Below are positions 17,624 to 26,189 of a stretch of 44,475 nt of DNA, piece by piece. Position 1 is the stretch's first letter, and each line of letters starts with the position of its first letter. The notes under the pieces are model-generated. The model searched no databases. It was not told the origin of the DNA and saw nothing but the letters and a program-made list of their open reading frames with translations. Made by a program: the position numbers and the translations under genes. The DNA lies in the NCBI GenBank assembly GCA_020047935.1, contig JAIFNC010000057.1, forward strand, positions 1 to 44,475, written 5' to 3'. This DNA comes from Bacteroidota bacterium (GTDB lineage: Bacteria > Bacteroidota > Bacteroidia > Bacteroidales > JAIFNC01).

Positions 17624-19111
17624 TTAAATAAACTCTTTCCAAAAATCTTTTCTAAGTAATGAAATTGCTTTATAATTATATCTATGTCTTCCAACACCTG
17701 TCGTACCATCACTAAATGACATTAACTCCATAAATTTTGGGTTAAGCATTGCTCTTTGAATATATGGTAGATTTTTTGGTTCATCAACAATTGCATAAGA
17801 AAATTGTGTCATCGCATATTCACCACTTTCATCAATAACTGGCGATGACGCACCTCCATTACTAAAAATAACTTTAGATATACCAAAATGACCATGTTCT
17901 TTTGTACTTGAATAACGAAGATTTAAAGAACCATCTTTATATGTAACATAAACAACTGGATATTTAAACACATCGGTTTGTTCTTTTGATACATATTCTT
18001 TTTGTATATGGTATTTACAATTATATAATATACTTACATTATCCTCACCTTTTTTAGCAAGAAGTTTTTGATATTCCTTATACATTCCGTTAGGTATAAA
18101 TTTCATTTTAGAAATATCTATTCTTTGAGTTGTACCATCCATACATTTAATTTTTGTAAACATAGTGTTAGATACGTTATGTAGACAATAGAAATCGTAT
18201 GTTGTATATGCACCGAAAGTACTAAAACCGTCATTAGTATTATGTAATTCCAAATAAAGTAATTGTTTAGATTTAAGCAATGTTTTAACTTTATCAAAAC
18301 CATTACCCAAACTTCTCCAACCATCAGGATGTACAGCGACTAGATAACCACCATCAACCAATTGGTCAACAGTTTTAATAACAAACTTATCCCATAGAAC
18401 ATGTGCAGAACCACGGTTAGGATTACCATCATTATACGGGGGATTCATAACAATAACATCAAATTTATCCACACCCCAATCTTTCATTCTCTCATTGAAA
18501 TCATCAGTTAAATAACTTCCATGATAAATATTCAATGCATATTCATCTTTTGGATCGAATGAATATAAATAAAGAAATAAATTCTTTGCCTGTAACTCAC
18601 ATACATATATCATATTCTCTAATATATGTTTATATCTTAATTTTTCATCTGGCTCAAAACTAATAAGACCTTTCATAAGTCTTTCTATTACTACTGAAAA
18701 GAACGTTCCTACACCATTACAAGGATCTAACCATTTAAGATTTGGATTTGTCCATACTTCATATGGTAAGGTATCTAACATTTCTTCTACTAATGTAATA
18801 GGTGTCATTACCTCACCCATAGTTTTTACTTCTGTTGGTGATACCTTAACATATTCACGAATCATTCCAACAACATCTTTAATATGCGACATTTCACTAT
18901 AGTTATCAGTATCCACTGTTTTCTGAATCTTACTACACATTAATCGATGCTCTACATTGTTCTCTTCCAGTATAGTCAATATCATTGACCTACGTTTCTC
19001 TATCGGAGCATTATTAATCATAGATTTAATTTCGGTAGTCATTCCATTAATACCATCGATTATCATATCTTGGATAAGATTTTCGTAAGTGTTTTTTAAT
19101 TCTGTATTCAT
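17624..19111 (-). CDS. N6-adenine DNA methyltransferase (gamma class, Eco57I/TaqI-like)
   Basis: Motif I LDPCNGVGTFF, motif IV VIVMNPPYN, and a long C-terminal target-recognition region. Confidence 0.8.
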   Translation of the reverse strand: MNTELKNTYENLIQDMIIDGINGMTTEIKSMINNAPIEKRRSMILTILEENNVEHRLMCSKIQKTVDTDNYSEMSHIKDVVGMIREYVKVSPTEVKTMGEVMTPITLVEEMLDTLPYEVWTNPNLKWLDPCNGVGTFFSVVIERLMKGLISFEPDEKLRYKHILENMIYVCELQAKNLFLYLYSFDPKDEYALNIYHGSYLTDDFNERMKDWGVDKFDVIVMNPPYNDGNPNRGSAHVLWDKFVIKTVDQLVDGGYLVAVHPDGWRSLGNGFDKVKTLLKSKQLLYLELHNTNDGFSTFGAYTTYDFYCLHNVSNTMFTKIKCMDGTTQRIDISKMKFIPNGMYKEYQKLLAKKGEDNVSILYNCKYHIQKEYVSKEQTDVFKYPVVYVTYKDGSLNLRYSSTKEHGHFGISKVIFSNGGASSPVIDESGEYAMTQFSYAIVDEPKNLPYIQRAMLNPKFMELMSFSDGTTGVGRHRYNYKAISLLRKDFWKEFI

Positions 19112-19146
19112 AATATGTTCTTTTTAATCGTTATTACTTTATGGTA

Positions 19147-19178
19147 CAAAGGTAAGACTTTTATTCCATATACACAAA
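19147..19178 (-). promoter_or_regulatory. Promoter of the methyltransferase operon; right border copy of the island promoter subfamily
   Basis: Minus sense: TTTG (19175-19178), 20 nt, then TACCTTTG (19147-19154). Homologous to 9137-9168. Confidence 0.5.
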
Positions 19179-19427
19179 TATTTTAACACCTTTTAATACA
19201 CCCCTAAAATACCTTTCATAACCTACTAATACCCAGTGTATTACAAACTCGTTTTGTCGTAGTTTAGTTTAACGATTTTTATACACCACTTTACCCCATT
19301 TCACCCCACCTAAATTATTGATAATTATTATGGTTAGATAGATAAAATCTATACCCATTTTCACGTCATACAATTCGTCTGGGATTGTCCCGTGTGTGAG
19401 TCAGTGAGTATAATAATATAATTTTAA

Positions 19428-19435
19428 TATCTTTG
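19428..19435 (+). promoter_or_regulatory. Orphan plus-strand -7 box (TATCTTTG)
   Basis: Followed only by 10- and 12-codon mini-ORFs and then the hairpin at 19591-19620. Confidence 0.3.
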
Positions 19436-19590
19436 TATATAAAATAAATTGGTATGAAGTGTCATAATGCAAGGACAAATAAATAAAACAGTACAAAAAG
19501 GAAGTTATGAAAAAAAAGTTCTTAGGGATAAAAAAAATATTGTAAGTTAAAATGGTGTTATTAGTAGCATAATGTCATACGGGAATAAAA

Positions 19591-19620
19591 CCCCCCTATA
19601 GAAATACACTAATAGGGGGG
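19591..19620. terminator. Bidirectional hairpin terminator
   Basis: cccccctat / atagggggg, a 9-bp GC-rich stem flanked by AAAA and TTTT. Confidence 0.75.
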
Positions 19621-19649
19621 TTTTAACTTAAAATAAATAAAAGAAAAAA

Positions 19650-19886
19650 TTACGCAACATATAATTTTTTAAATTTAATAGCTTCTTTTCGAGTATTAAA
19701 GTTTTTGGATTTTTTAAAACCGTCTTTCATAAATCTAACTCTGAACGTATTTCCATTGAAATATACATGGTCAGTGATAGGGATATATGACGATACATAT
19801 TTTCTAACAGTTTTGGTGGTAGTTTTATTCACATTAAATTTAAGTGAATTAGTAATTTTAGTAATAAGTTGATTAAACGTTGTCAT
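19650..19886 (-). CDS. Basic small protein, possibly DNA-binding (AP2/Arm-like pattern)
   Basis: YFNGNTFRVRFMKDGFKKSKNFNTRKEAIKFKK resembles the AP2-type three-strand-plus-helix pattern. Weak. Confidence 0.45.
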   Translation of the reverse strand: MTTFNQLITKITNSLKFNVNKTTTKTVRKYVSSYIPITDHVYFNGNTFRVRFMKDGFKKSKNFNTRKEAIKFKKLYVA

Positions 19887-19946
19887 ACAATAAAATTTTA
19901 GATGTTATAAAACAAATATACTAAAAAAAAATGATAAAAACAAATA

Positions 19947-20180
19947 TTAGTTATTAAAACTGTCAAGAATAATATTATATTGGTTATTAATTTTGTCATG
20001 TAATCTATTCATAAATTGTCCGAACACATAAGAGTTAATCGAGTCGTCTTTAAGTAGTGTATTTTCGAAAGTTCTTAATTTTTTTCTGACGGAAGTTTCT
20101 TCATCAATAGTATTGCAAGATTCAATGGTTTCTTCTAACCAAGTAAAAGTTTCGTAGTAATTTTCTTTTTTAGCACACAT
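19947..20180 (-). CDS. Hypothetical protein (77 aa)
   Basis: Track ORF. Confidence 0.45.
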   Translation of the reverse strand: MCAKKENYYETFTWLEETIESCNTIDEETSVRKKLRTFENTLLKDDSINSYVFGQFMNRLHDKINNQYNIILDSFNN

Positions 20181-20288
20181 AATATTATATTTATAAATAA
20201 ATATCAGTGATAATATAAAAAGTGATATTTTTTTTAATAAAAGTAGTAAAGAAAACTACATATTTAAAAATCAATGTAGTAATAAATA

Positions 20289-20438
20289 CTACAACCATAT
20301 TATAAGGTTATATATTCCCCAACATAGATATAGCCAGTTGAATATTCCTGTAAATATAAAGAAGTTTTTAACATTTACCCAGCTAGTGTTATAAATTGAT
20401 AGTCCAATAAAAAACAATACAATTAAGAAATTCACCAT
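20289..20438 (-). CDS. Small 2-TM membrane protein (49 aa), my own ORF call
   Basis: MVNFLIVLFFIGLSIYNTSWVNVKNFFIFTGIFNWLYLCWGIYNLIIWL. The stop overlaps the hairpin TGTAGTA/TACTACA at 20275-20293. Confidence 0.35.
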   Translation of the reverse strand: MVNFLIVLFFIGLSIYNTSWVNVKNFFIFTGIFNWLYLCWGIYNLIIWL

Positions 20439-20753
20439 GTTTAAAATTATTTAACATAAAACTTATTGTAGATTAGAATAAAAGTATTATCTTTGTATTG
20501 TAATAATTACTTACTTACCCATATTGTATCTACTTAATATATTCCACAAAGATACAAAAAATTCATCAGACTGCCAAACATTTTAGGTATTATTTCTTCA
20601 GGTTCAGGAAGGATCATCACAGGATAAAACTCACACCTGGAACTTTAACAATGTTAAAAAATGTATATTTTTTGTATATAGTAAAGAAAACTACATACAG
20701 AAATTTTTAATTATTTATATTTATACAAAATATTATGTATATAAATACAAAAA

Positions 20754-20783
20754 TCCCCAACAATAAAGAAATCGTTGGGGATT
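20754..20783 (-). terminator. Hairpin terminator
   Basis: atccccaac / gttggggat; the T-run follows in the minus sense. Confidence 0.65.
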
Positions 20784-20801
20784 AATAATAATGAAGTGAT
20801 A

Positions 20802-20975
20802 TTAGTTCAGGAATGTAACATCATTTTTATCGAGGAGTATAGAAACCTCCGTTTTGATGTGGTGTTGTGTCAGGACTTTATCATCCTTTATTTGGTAGTT
20901 GTATACTTCGGTTTTAGGGTATATCACCTTAAATAAACCTGACGCTACTGGGTGTTTTAATTTAAGTGTTACCAT
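20802..20975 (-). CDS. Hypothetical protein (57 aa), my own ORF call
   Basis: MVTLKLKHPVASGLFKV... Followed by the terminator at 20754-20783. Confidence 0.35.
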   Translation of the reverse strand: MVTLKLKHPVASGLFKVIYPKTEVYNYQIKDDKVLTQHHIKTEVSILLDKNDVTFLN

Positions 20976-21282
20976 GATTACATAGTAATTTTTTCTATGG
21001 TGAATTTAAAATTAGTATTGTGAGAGTCAAACGGTCAGAAAATATCATACAGATCGATTTCAGATTCTTTTAACCCTTCGAGACCAATCATAATTTCTTG
21101 TAGTGTCATAATAAAATTTATTAGTTTATATAATTGAATACAAATATACTCATAGTATAGTATATGGTCAAATATTAAATGTTAAAGTTTGTTAAGATGC
21201 AATGTTAAAGAACCAGGTATGAGTTTAAAAGTTATGAATAAATTAAACTCATACGTGGCAATTTAACAATGTTAAAATAAAA

Positions 21283-21308
21283 ATCCCCGTGTAGTAAAAC
21301 ACGGGGAT
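21283..21308 (-). terminator. Hairpin terminator
   Basis: atccccgtg / cacggggat; the T-run follows in the minus sense. Confidence 0.65.
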
Positions 21309-21319
21309 TTAATAATCAA

Positions 21320-21493
21320 TTATAGTCCAACAAAATAAATAATATTTGGTATATGTATAACATAGACAATACCATTTTCAGTGACGCTAATGAATAGATT
21401 AGTGTTATTTTTAATTTTGATTTTAAGGTCGTCGCGGGTTAATGTTTCATCCGTGATTTGGATATTATCCCTTAAAATTATTCTGACTCCCAT
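21320..21493 (-). CDS. Hypothetical protein (57 aa), my own ORF call
   Basis: MGVRIILRDNIQITDE... TAATATG junction with the upstream ORF; a terminator follows. Confidence 0.4.
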   Translation of the reverse strand: MGVRIILRDNIQITDETLTRDDLKIKIKNNTNLFISVTENGIVYVIHIPNIIYFVGL

Positions 21494-21494
21494 A

Positions 21495-21659
21495 TTATTT
21501 AATTATGTTAGATTGAAATACATCTCTTTTATCACCATTTTTCTTTGGTGTTCCATCTTTTTTCAATTCAACGCCAAAATATACCATTTCAGATGCGTTG
21601 TCATTAAATACCTTGGTAACTTTCAATTTGAATAGAGCCGATATGGTCAGTGATAACAT
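21495..21659 (-). CDS. Hypothetical ORF (54 aa), or the C-terminal half of a frameshifted gene
   Basis: ...KVTKVFNDNASEMVYFGVELKKDGTPKKNGDKRDVFQSNIIK. Overlaps 21604-21774 by 56 nt in another frame. Confidence 0.35.
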   Translation of the reverse strand: MLSLTISALFKLKVTKVFNDNASEMVYFGVELKKDGTPKKNGDKRDVFQSNIIK

Positions 21660-21774
21660 CCCCAATTTTATAAGGGTTATTTTCCTTGGTATATTGTATT
21701 AACAGTTCTAGTTTACTGTCATTATAAGTCTTTTCAATTTCTTTAAGTTTTGTATTGTATGTGATTAAGTCCAT
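21604..21774 (-). CDS. Hypothetical ORF (56 aa from MDLITY), or the N-terminal half of a frameshifted gene
   Basis: The track ORF start at 21960 lies inside the methyltransferase gene. ATG 21774 follows its stop. Confidence 0.4.
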   Translation of the reverse strand: MDLITYNTKLKEIEKTYNDSKLELLIQYTKENNPYKIGDVITDHIGSIQIESYQGI

Positions 21775-21787
21775 TGTGATACGTGTA

Positions 21788-22708
21788 TTAACGGAAGAAT
21801 AATTCGTATTTATTTTTTTTAGTTTTGAGACCTGCGAATAGGTGTTTAATAACTTCTTTGGTCCATGAGTTACCAATAAGTGATACTCGTTTATTGTTGC
21901 TGATATTACCAATGTTTGTATATCCTTTATCAATTGTCTGTAATACTTCCATTTCTTCAACTGTTAATGGTAAATATTGTCCATCCTTTGTGAAATAAAA
22001 ACCAGTATTAGAAATTGCAGTAACAAGACAATTCGCTTTACCATCTTTTCTGACAGACATAGGATAAGAATAATGATTATCACCATTTAATTTACGTCCT
22101 CGTTTGCCAGCGCCAGCAATTGCGTTTGGTATTACATCTGAAAGCATAATACCTTTATCTTCGATATTGGTATTACAAGGGATATTTGTCCAGTATAATC
22201 TTTCACGATTTTGTGCCGAAACTTTATTGCTATTAATAAATATAGGTTTAACACCTAGTGTATTAGTAATCACATTTTCCCATTGTTTAGTCATACGAAC
22301 ATTTTCAAGGAAAAAATATTTAGTATTAGTTTCTTTCCATAATCGAATGAATTCCCAGAATAAGAAACTTTCGCCAACGAATTCAAAACCTTCAGATTTT
22401 AATTTAAGATATTGGTTTAGATTTGTAATTTCAACATTTTCGGTAGTGACCATTCCTTTCTTTTTGCCCATGAATGAGAAGTCAGTACAAGGTGTTCCGC
22501 CACAAATTAGTTTAATATCATTCAATAGTTTCCCGTTGATATGTCTTACATCACCAAGTTGATTGGTGTTAGGGAAATGATGTTGAGTAACTTTAATAGC
22601 CGCGGGTTCAATTTCACTTGCGTAATAGTTATCATAATGGATACCAAGGTCACTAAGACTTTTTTGAGCAATGGATATACCATCACATAAACTTAATACG
22701 TTATTCAT
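21788..22708 (-). CDS. C5-cytosine DNA methyltransferase (orphan)
   Basis: Motif I LSLCDGISIAQ, motif IV GGTPCTDFSFMG, motif VI FFLENV, motif VIII QNRERLYW, motif X GNSWT. Confidence 0.85.
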   Translation of the reverse strand: MNNVLSLCDGISIAQKSLSDLGIHYDNYYASEIEPAAIKVTQHHFPNTNQLGDVRHINGKLLNDIKLICGGTPCTDFSFMGKKKGMVTTENVEITNLNQYLKLKSEGFEFVGESFLFWEFIRLWKETNTKYFFLENVRMTKQWENVITNTLGVKPIFINSNKVSAQNRERLYWTNIPCNTNIEDKGIMLSDVIPNAIAGAGKRGRKLNGDNHYSYPMSVRKDGKANCLVTAISNTGFYFTKDGQYLPLTVEEMEVLQTIDKGYTNIGNISNNKRVSLIGNSWTKEVIKHLFAGLKTKKNKYELFFR

Positions 22709-22726
22709 CTTGAAGTTTATTTATTA

Positions 22727-22864
22727 TTAGTAATACGAAAGCAATAATAAACAACTAAACATTGCTTTCGCATATAGAAGTACTTTATTATTTTGATCAA
22801 CTAAAAGTGCTGTGCCGAAAAAACCTGTTACAAAACAAAGGATATAAAATGGTAATTTTTTCAT
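22727..22864 (-). CDS. Small membrane protein (45 aa), my own ORF call
   Basis: MKKLPFYILCFVTGFFGTALLV...CLLLLSYY. Confidence 0.3.
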   Translation of the reverse strand: MKKLPFYILCFVTGFFGTALLVDQNNKVLLYAKAMFSCLLLLSYY

Positions 22865-22905
22865 TTGAATTTTTTATAATTTAAAATAGAAGTTTAATAA
22901 AAACT

Positions 22906-23250
22906 TTAGTTTTCATTAGTATATTTGTTATAAAAGATAATAAAATCAATCACATCATTATACACTTCATTAATATCGGTGCAAGTCATCAAATGATTGT
23001 TTGTATATTCAATCGCTTCGTGATTTGTTTCGGACCATTTGATAAAGAAATCCTGAACGGTATCATCAACGTATGACGCATATAATAGTTCATCGATTTT
23101 TTTCAACACTGGAATTAACCAATCCCACGAACAATGATACATAGCACCATTCAAGAAACACTCTTTTTCAGAATTACAAATGTTAGATAAATTAACATTA
23201 CCTAATTGAGAATAATGCATAAATTCGGCAATAATTTCTGATGATGTCAT
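22906..23250 (-). CDS. Hypothetical protein (114 aa from MTSSEII)
   Basis: The track start 23289 reads through the -7 box (complement at 23267-23274). ATG 23250 is preferred. Confidence 0.5.
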   Translation of the reverse strand: MTSSEIIAEFMHYSQLGNVNLSNICNSEKECFLNGAMYHCSWDWLIPVLKKIDELLYASYVDDTVQDFFIKWSETNHEAIEYTNNHLMTCTDINEVYNDVIDFIIFYNKYTNEN

Positions 23251-23432
23251 ACGATTAATTTTTATACAAAGATAAGGTGAATTTTTCAATCCGCCAAATC
23301 TTTTTAGTTAAAGATCATTAACACGTAATACCTCAATCAAGTGCAACAACGGAAGAAGAATTGTTAATGTTAAATCATTATACCAATCTTCAACCGTTAT
23401 GATCTTACATCAATCGTGATGTAAAAAGAAAC

Positions 23433-23909
23433 TTAATAAACTGGCTCTAATATTTTTAGATTTTTAATAGTTCTATTAATTTCGGTTGTCATCGTATCAT
23501 ACAAAGCTTGTTTGGCTATTTTCATAAATGACACATTTTTTTCTATTGTATCCACATCTGTACCATGTACATCTGTTTTTCCCACGATACATCTTAAATC
23601 TTTGGTTTCTTTACCATTCCTTACAAAAGTGGAACGAACATATATATATTCGCGTTGAATAGTGATTTTGATTTCATCATCAATACATTCGCGTGAACGT
23701 AGTTGAATAATTAGTTCCTCCAACTTTGACAAATCTTTAATAAAATCCATTAAAGGATTAAGAATGTCATTATATAGTGTTAACATTTCTTTTAACTCAT
23801 GGGTTAAATTAATTCCCTGAGTTTTATCAATACCACGAAATTTTTCAATTTCATTGTTTTCAATAATGTTATTGAAAACTGAACTAAGAATTACATTATT
23901 TCTTCCCAT
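23433..23909 (-). CDS. Hypothetical protein (158 aa)
   Basis: Track ORF. Confidence 0.55.
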   Translation of the reverse strand: MGRNNVILSSVFNNIIENNEIEKFRGIDKTQGINLTHELKEMLTLYNDILNPLMDFIKDLSKLEELIIQLRSRECIDDEIKITIQREYIYVRSTFVRNGKETKDLRCIVGKTDVHGTDVDTIEKNVSFMKIAKQALYDTMTTEINRTIKNLKILEPVY

Positions 23910-23921
23910 AATAATTTAATT

Positions 23922-24131
23922 TTAGCAATACACTTCAGTTACAAACACTCGTTCAATACAACTAATATCCAACAAATGGTCAACCGCGTCTTCATCCTGG
24001 CCATCAATTAAATCCTGAACATCTTTTAATACTTGTTCAACATCATCATTGCTGAACTTATCTTCTGAAATAGTAACGTTGAATAACCCAGTTAAACAAC
24101 CTTCGCTGTCAAATAATTGAAATAATCTCAT
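23922..24131 (-). CDS. Hypothetical acidic protein (69 aa)
   Basis: Track ORF, preceded by a cassette promoter. Confidence 0.5.
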   Translation of the reverse strand: MRLFQLFDSEGCLTGLFNVTISEDKFSNDDVEQVLKDVQDLIDGQDEDAVDHLLDISCIERVFVTEVYC

Positions 24132-24338
24132 AATGAATAATTTTTTATTGTTTATATTATTTTCTATTATGATACGAAGATAATACTTTTATGTGATACG
24201 TACAAGTAAATTAACATATTTAACAATGTTAAAGTTCCAGGTGTGAGTTCATAACCTTCCCGTCGGATCACCTGTGGCTATTTAACATTTGACAGCATAA
24301 AAAAACCCACCGTTTTAAAGTGGGTTTTTTAACTGATA
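24132..24338 (-). promoter_or_regulatory. Intergenic regulatory cassette
   Basis: -7 complement 24175-24182 (TATCTTCG variant). Palindrome TTTAACAATGTTAAA 24219-24233. Arm ccaggtgtgagtt 24237-24249. Terminator aacccac/gtgggtt 24304-24326. Confidence 0.6.
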
Positions 24339-25187
24339 TTAAATATGCGCATCAACCATTGTGATTACAGTATCATCCGATACACTATCAATCAGTTCAG
24401 ATAGTTTTTTATTCCATTCATCATCTGATATTTCATTTGATGATACACCCCACCAACCCATGTCGCCTTTTTGAAACCACACGCCATCTTTAACAATAGA
24501 GTAGGCGGATATTGCACCATTTCTGAATTTATCAATAAATTCTTCGCGAGAACAATTAAAATCATCAGGTGAAACCCAATGTTTTTGAGCCTTTTTTAAT
24601 GCCGCATTTCTTGGTTGATTATGATAAAAATCACGTGTTTTGTCAATATCCACAATGCGTTCACGGATAACTTCCCATGATTCACTAATAGGTAGTTCAC
24701 CAATGATTGATATGATTTCATCATAACTCTCGCCAGCTTTAACACCAGCATCATTTCTCATACCTTCAAAATCAATATCTTTTTTCAATGCAACATCGCC
24801 ATGGCCAACTTCTGGCTGATTTTTGAAAACGCCAGATTCTCCCAGTTTTGGTATTACGCCAGGTTTTAATTTGAAAAATCCAGACCAACGACCACCAATG
24901 ATATACCAATCCCATTTACTGTCAGGATTATAAGTTGAAAACTCGGACCAATCACCGTTTTCATCTTTTCGATAATTATTACCATTCCAGTCGTTACCGT
25001 ACTTTTCATAACATTCTTCAAACGTGCCGACAAAGTTTTTATTCCTTTGGTAATAATCCAGAATACGGTTTTTCTCTTCTTCTGATACTTCACCCCGTTT
25101 ATATTCGGGAACGTCTATACTCTCATCATACTTTTCTAATTGTGTTTCCACATCATTGCCAATCACTAAAACCACAAAATGACTCAT
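24339..25187 (-). CDS. Hypothetical protein (282 aa)
   Basis: Track ORF between two cassettes. The YIIGGRWSGFF motif seems familiar from phage proteins, but I cannot name the family. Confidence 0.65.
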   Translation of the reverse strand: MSHFVVLVIGNDVETQLEKYDESIDVPEYKRGEVSEEEKNRILDYYQRNKNFVGTFEECYEKYGNDWNGNNYRKDENGDWSEFSTYNPDSKWDWYIIGGRWSGFFKLKPGVIPKLGESGVFKNQPEVGHGDVALKKDIDFEGMRNDAGVKAGESYDEIISIIGELPISESWEVIRERIVDIDKTRDFYHNQPRNAALKKAQKHWVSPDDFNCSREEFIDKFRNGAISAYSIVKDGVWFQKGDMGWWGVSSNEISDDEWNKKLSELIDSVSDDTVITMVDAHI

Positions 25188-25340
25188 AACTAATTAATTT
25201 TAATTGTTTATACTGTTTTAATTCAATACACAAAGATAATACTTTTATTTTGATTGTACAAGTAAATTAACATATTTAACAATGTTAAAAGGCATAACAT
25301 AAATTGGGTGAAGTAATACAACTTCCCCCAATTTTATATT
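25188..25340 (-). promoter_or_regulatory. Intergenic regulatory cassette (no long arms)
   Basis: -7 complement 25231-25238. Palindrome 25275-25289. Hairpin 25304-25331. Confidence 0.55.
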
Positions 25341-26189
25341 TTAACACATTTGATAAATTTCGTTGAATAATTGTCGTTCAATTACCCCAGTTTTACCAAC
25401 CATTTTATTCTGTTGATTTTTAATTTCATTCTTACTCGCTGAGTGGGTTGTATATCTTGTTGCTGAAGAAAATACGCCCCATGCGGTTTCAGATTTACTT
25501 TTCAATTCAATATCCATATCCATATCAAATCGTGCAATTTGATTTTGTTTACGAGTTGATAAATCATCAAGTGTCATTGCACGGTCGGTATTGTCCAATT
25601 GGAATAAAAGGTTTTTAACCAAATCAATCATAACTGGCGTCATCGGTGTTTCTGACATACGTTTAATTTTGTCAAAATCTTGTTTTTCCTCCAATAATAA
25701 TTTGTCAATGTTTCTAAGAATTTCATCAACACGAATTTGTAAACCTGCTGTGTGCCGTATTTTACTATCAACACTTCTGAAAGCTTTAAAAAACGTATTG
25801 GTACAGCTTATAGTAACACTTGAATTACCAAAGGCTAAGGATGTTGCACCATTGAATGAATTGATACCTGTGATAAATCCCTCAACGCGGTCATTACCCA
25901 ATTTTAAATCATCCGATTTCAATTGCATATAAACAAGATTTCCATCGTCAAATAACCCAGATTTGTGTAACTGTAAACCAGTACTTTGTGAAATTTGATA
26001 AAGTAAATCCATAAGTTGATGATTTTGAAACATTTCGTAACCATCACCCATAACAGATAACACACTATTTGTGTCATCACGTACAATAGCAACTTTATCT
26101 GGTATAATAATTCCAGATTTTGTTACCATTTCTTCTTTTCTAACTGTCCAGTCTAACTTTGTTGTTTCCAACATTTCTTGTGCTGTCAT
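25341..26189 (-). CDS. DUF932 / phage-plasmid TIGR03299-like protein
   Basis: LDWTVRKEEM...VAIVRDDTNSVLSVMGDGYEMFQNHQL matches my recollection of the DUF932 N-terminal pattern. Confidence 0.5.
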   Translation of the reverse strand: MTAQEMLETTKLDWTVRKEEMVTKSGIIIPDKVAIVRDDTNSVLSVMGDGYEMFQNHQLMDLLYQISQSTGLQLHKSGLFDDGNLVYMQLKSDDLKLGNDRVEGFITGINSFNGATSLAFGNSSVTISCTNTFFKAFRSVDSKIRHTAGLQIRVDEILRNIDKLLLEEKQDFDKIKRMSETPMTPVMIDLVKNLLFQLDNTDRAMTLDDLSTRKQNQIARFDMDMDIELKSKSETAWGVFSSATRYTTHSASKNEIKNQQNKMVGKTGVIERQLFNEIYQMC

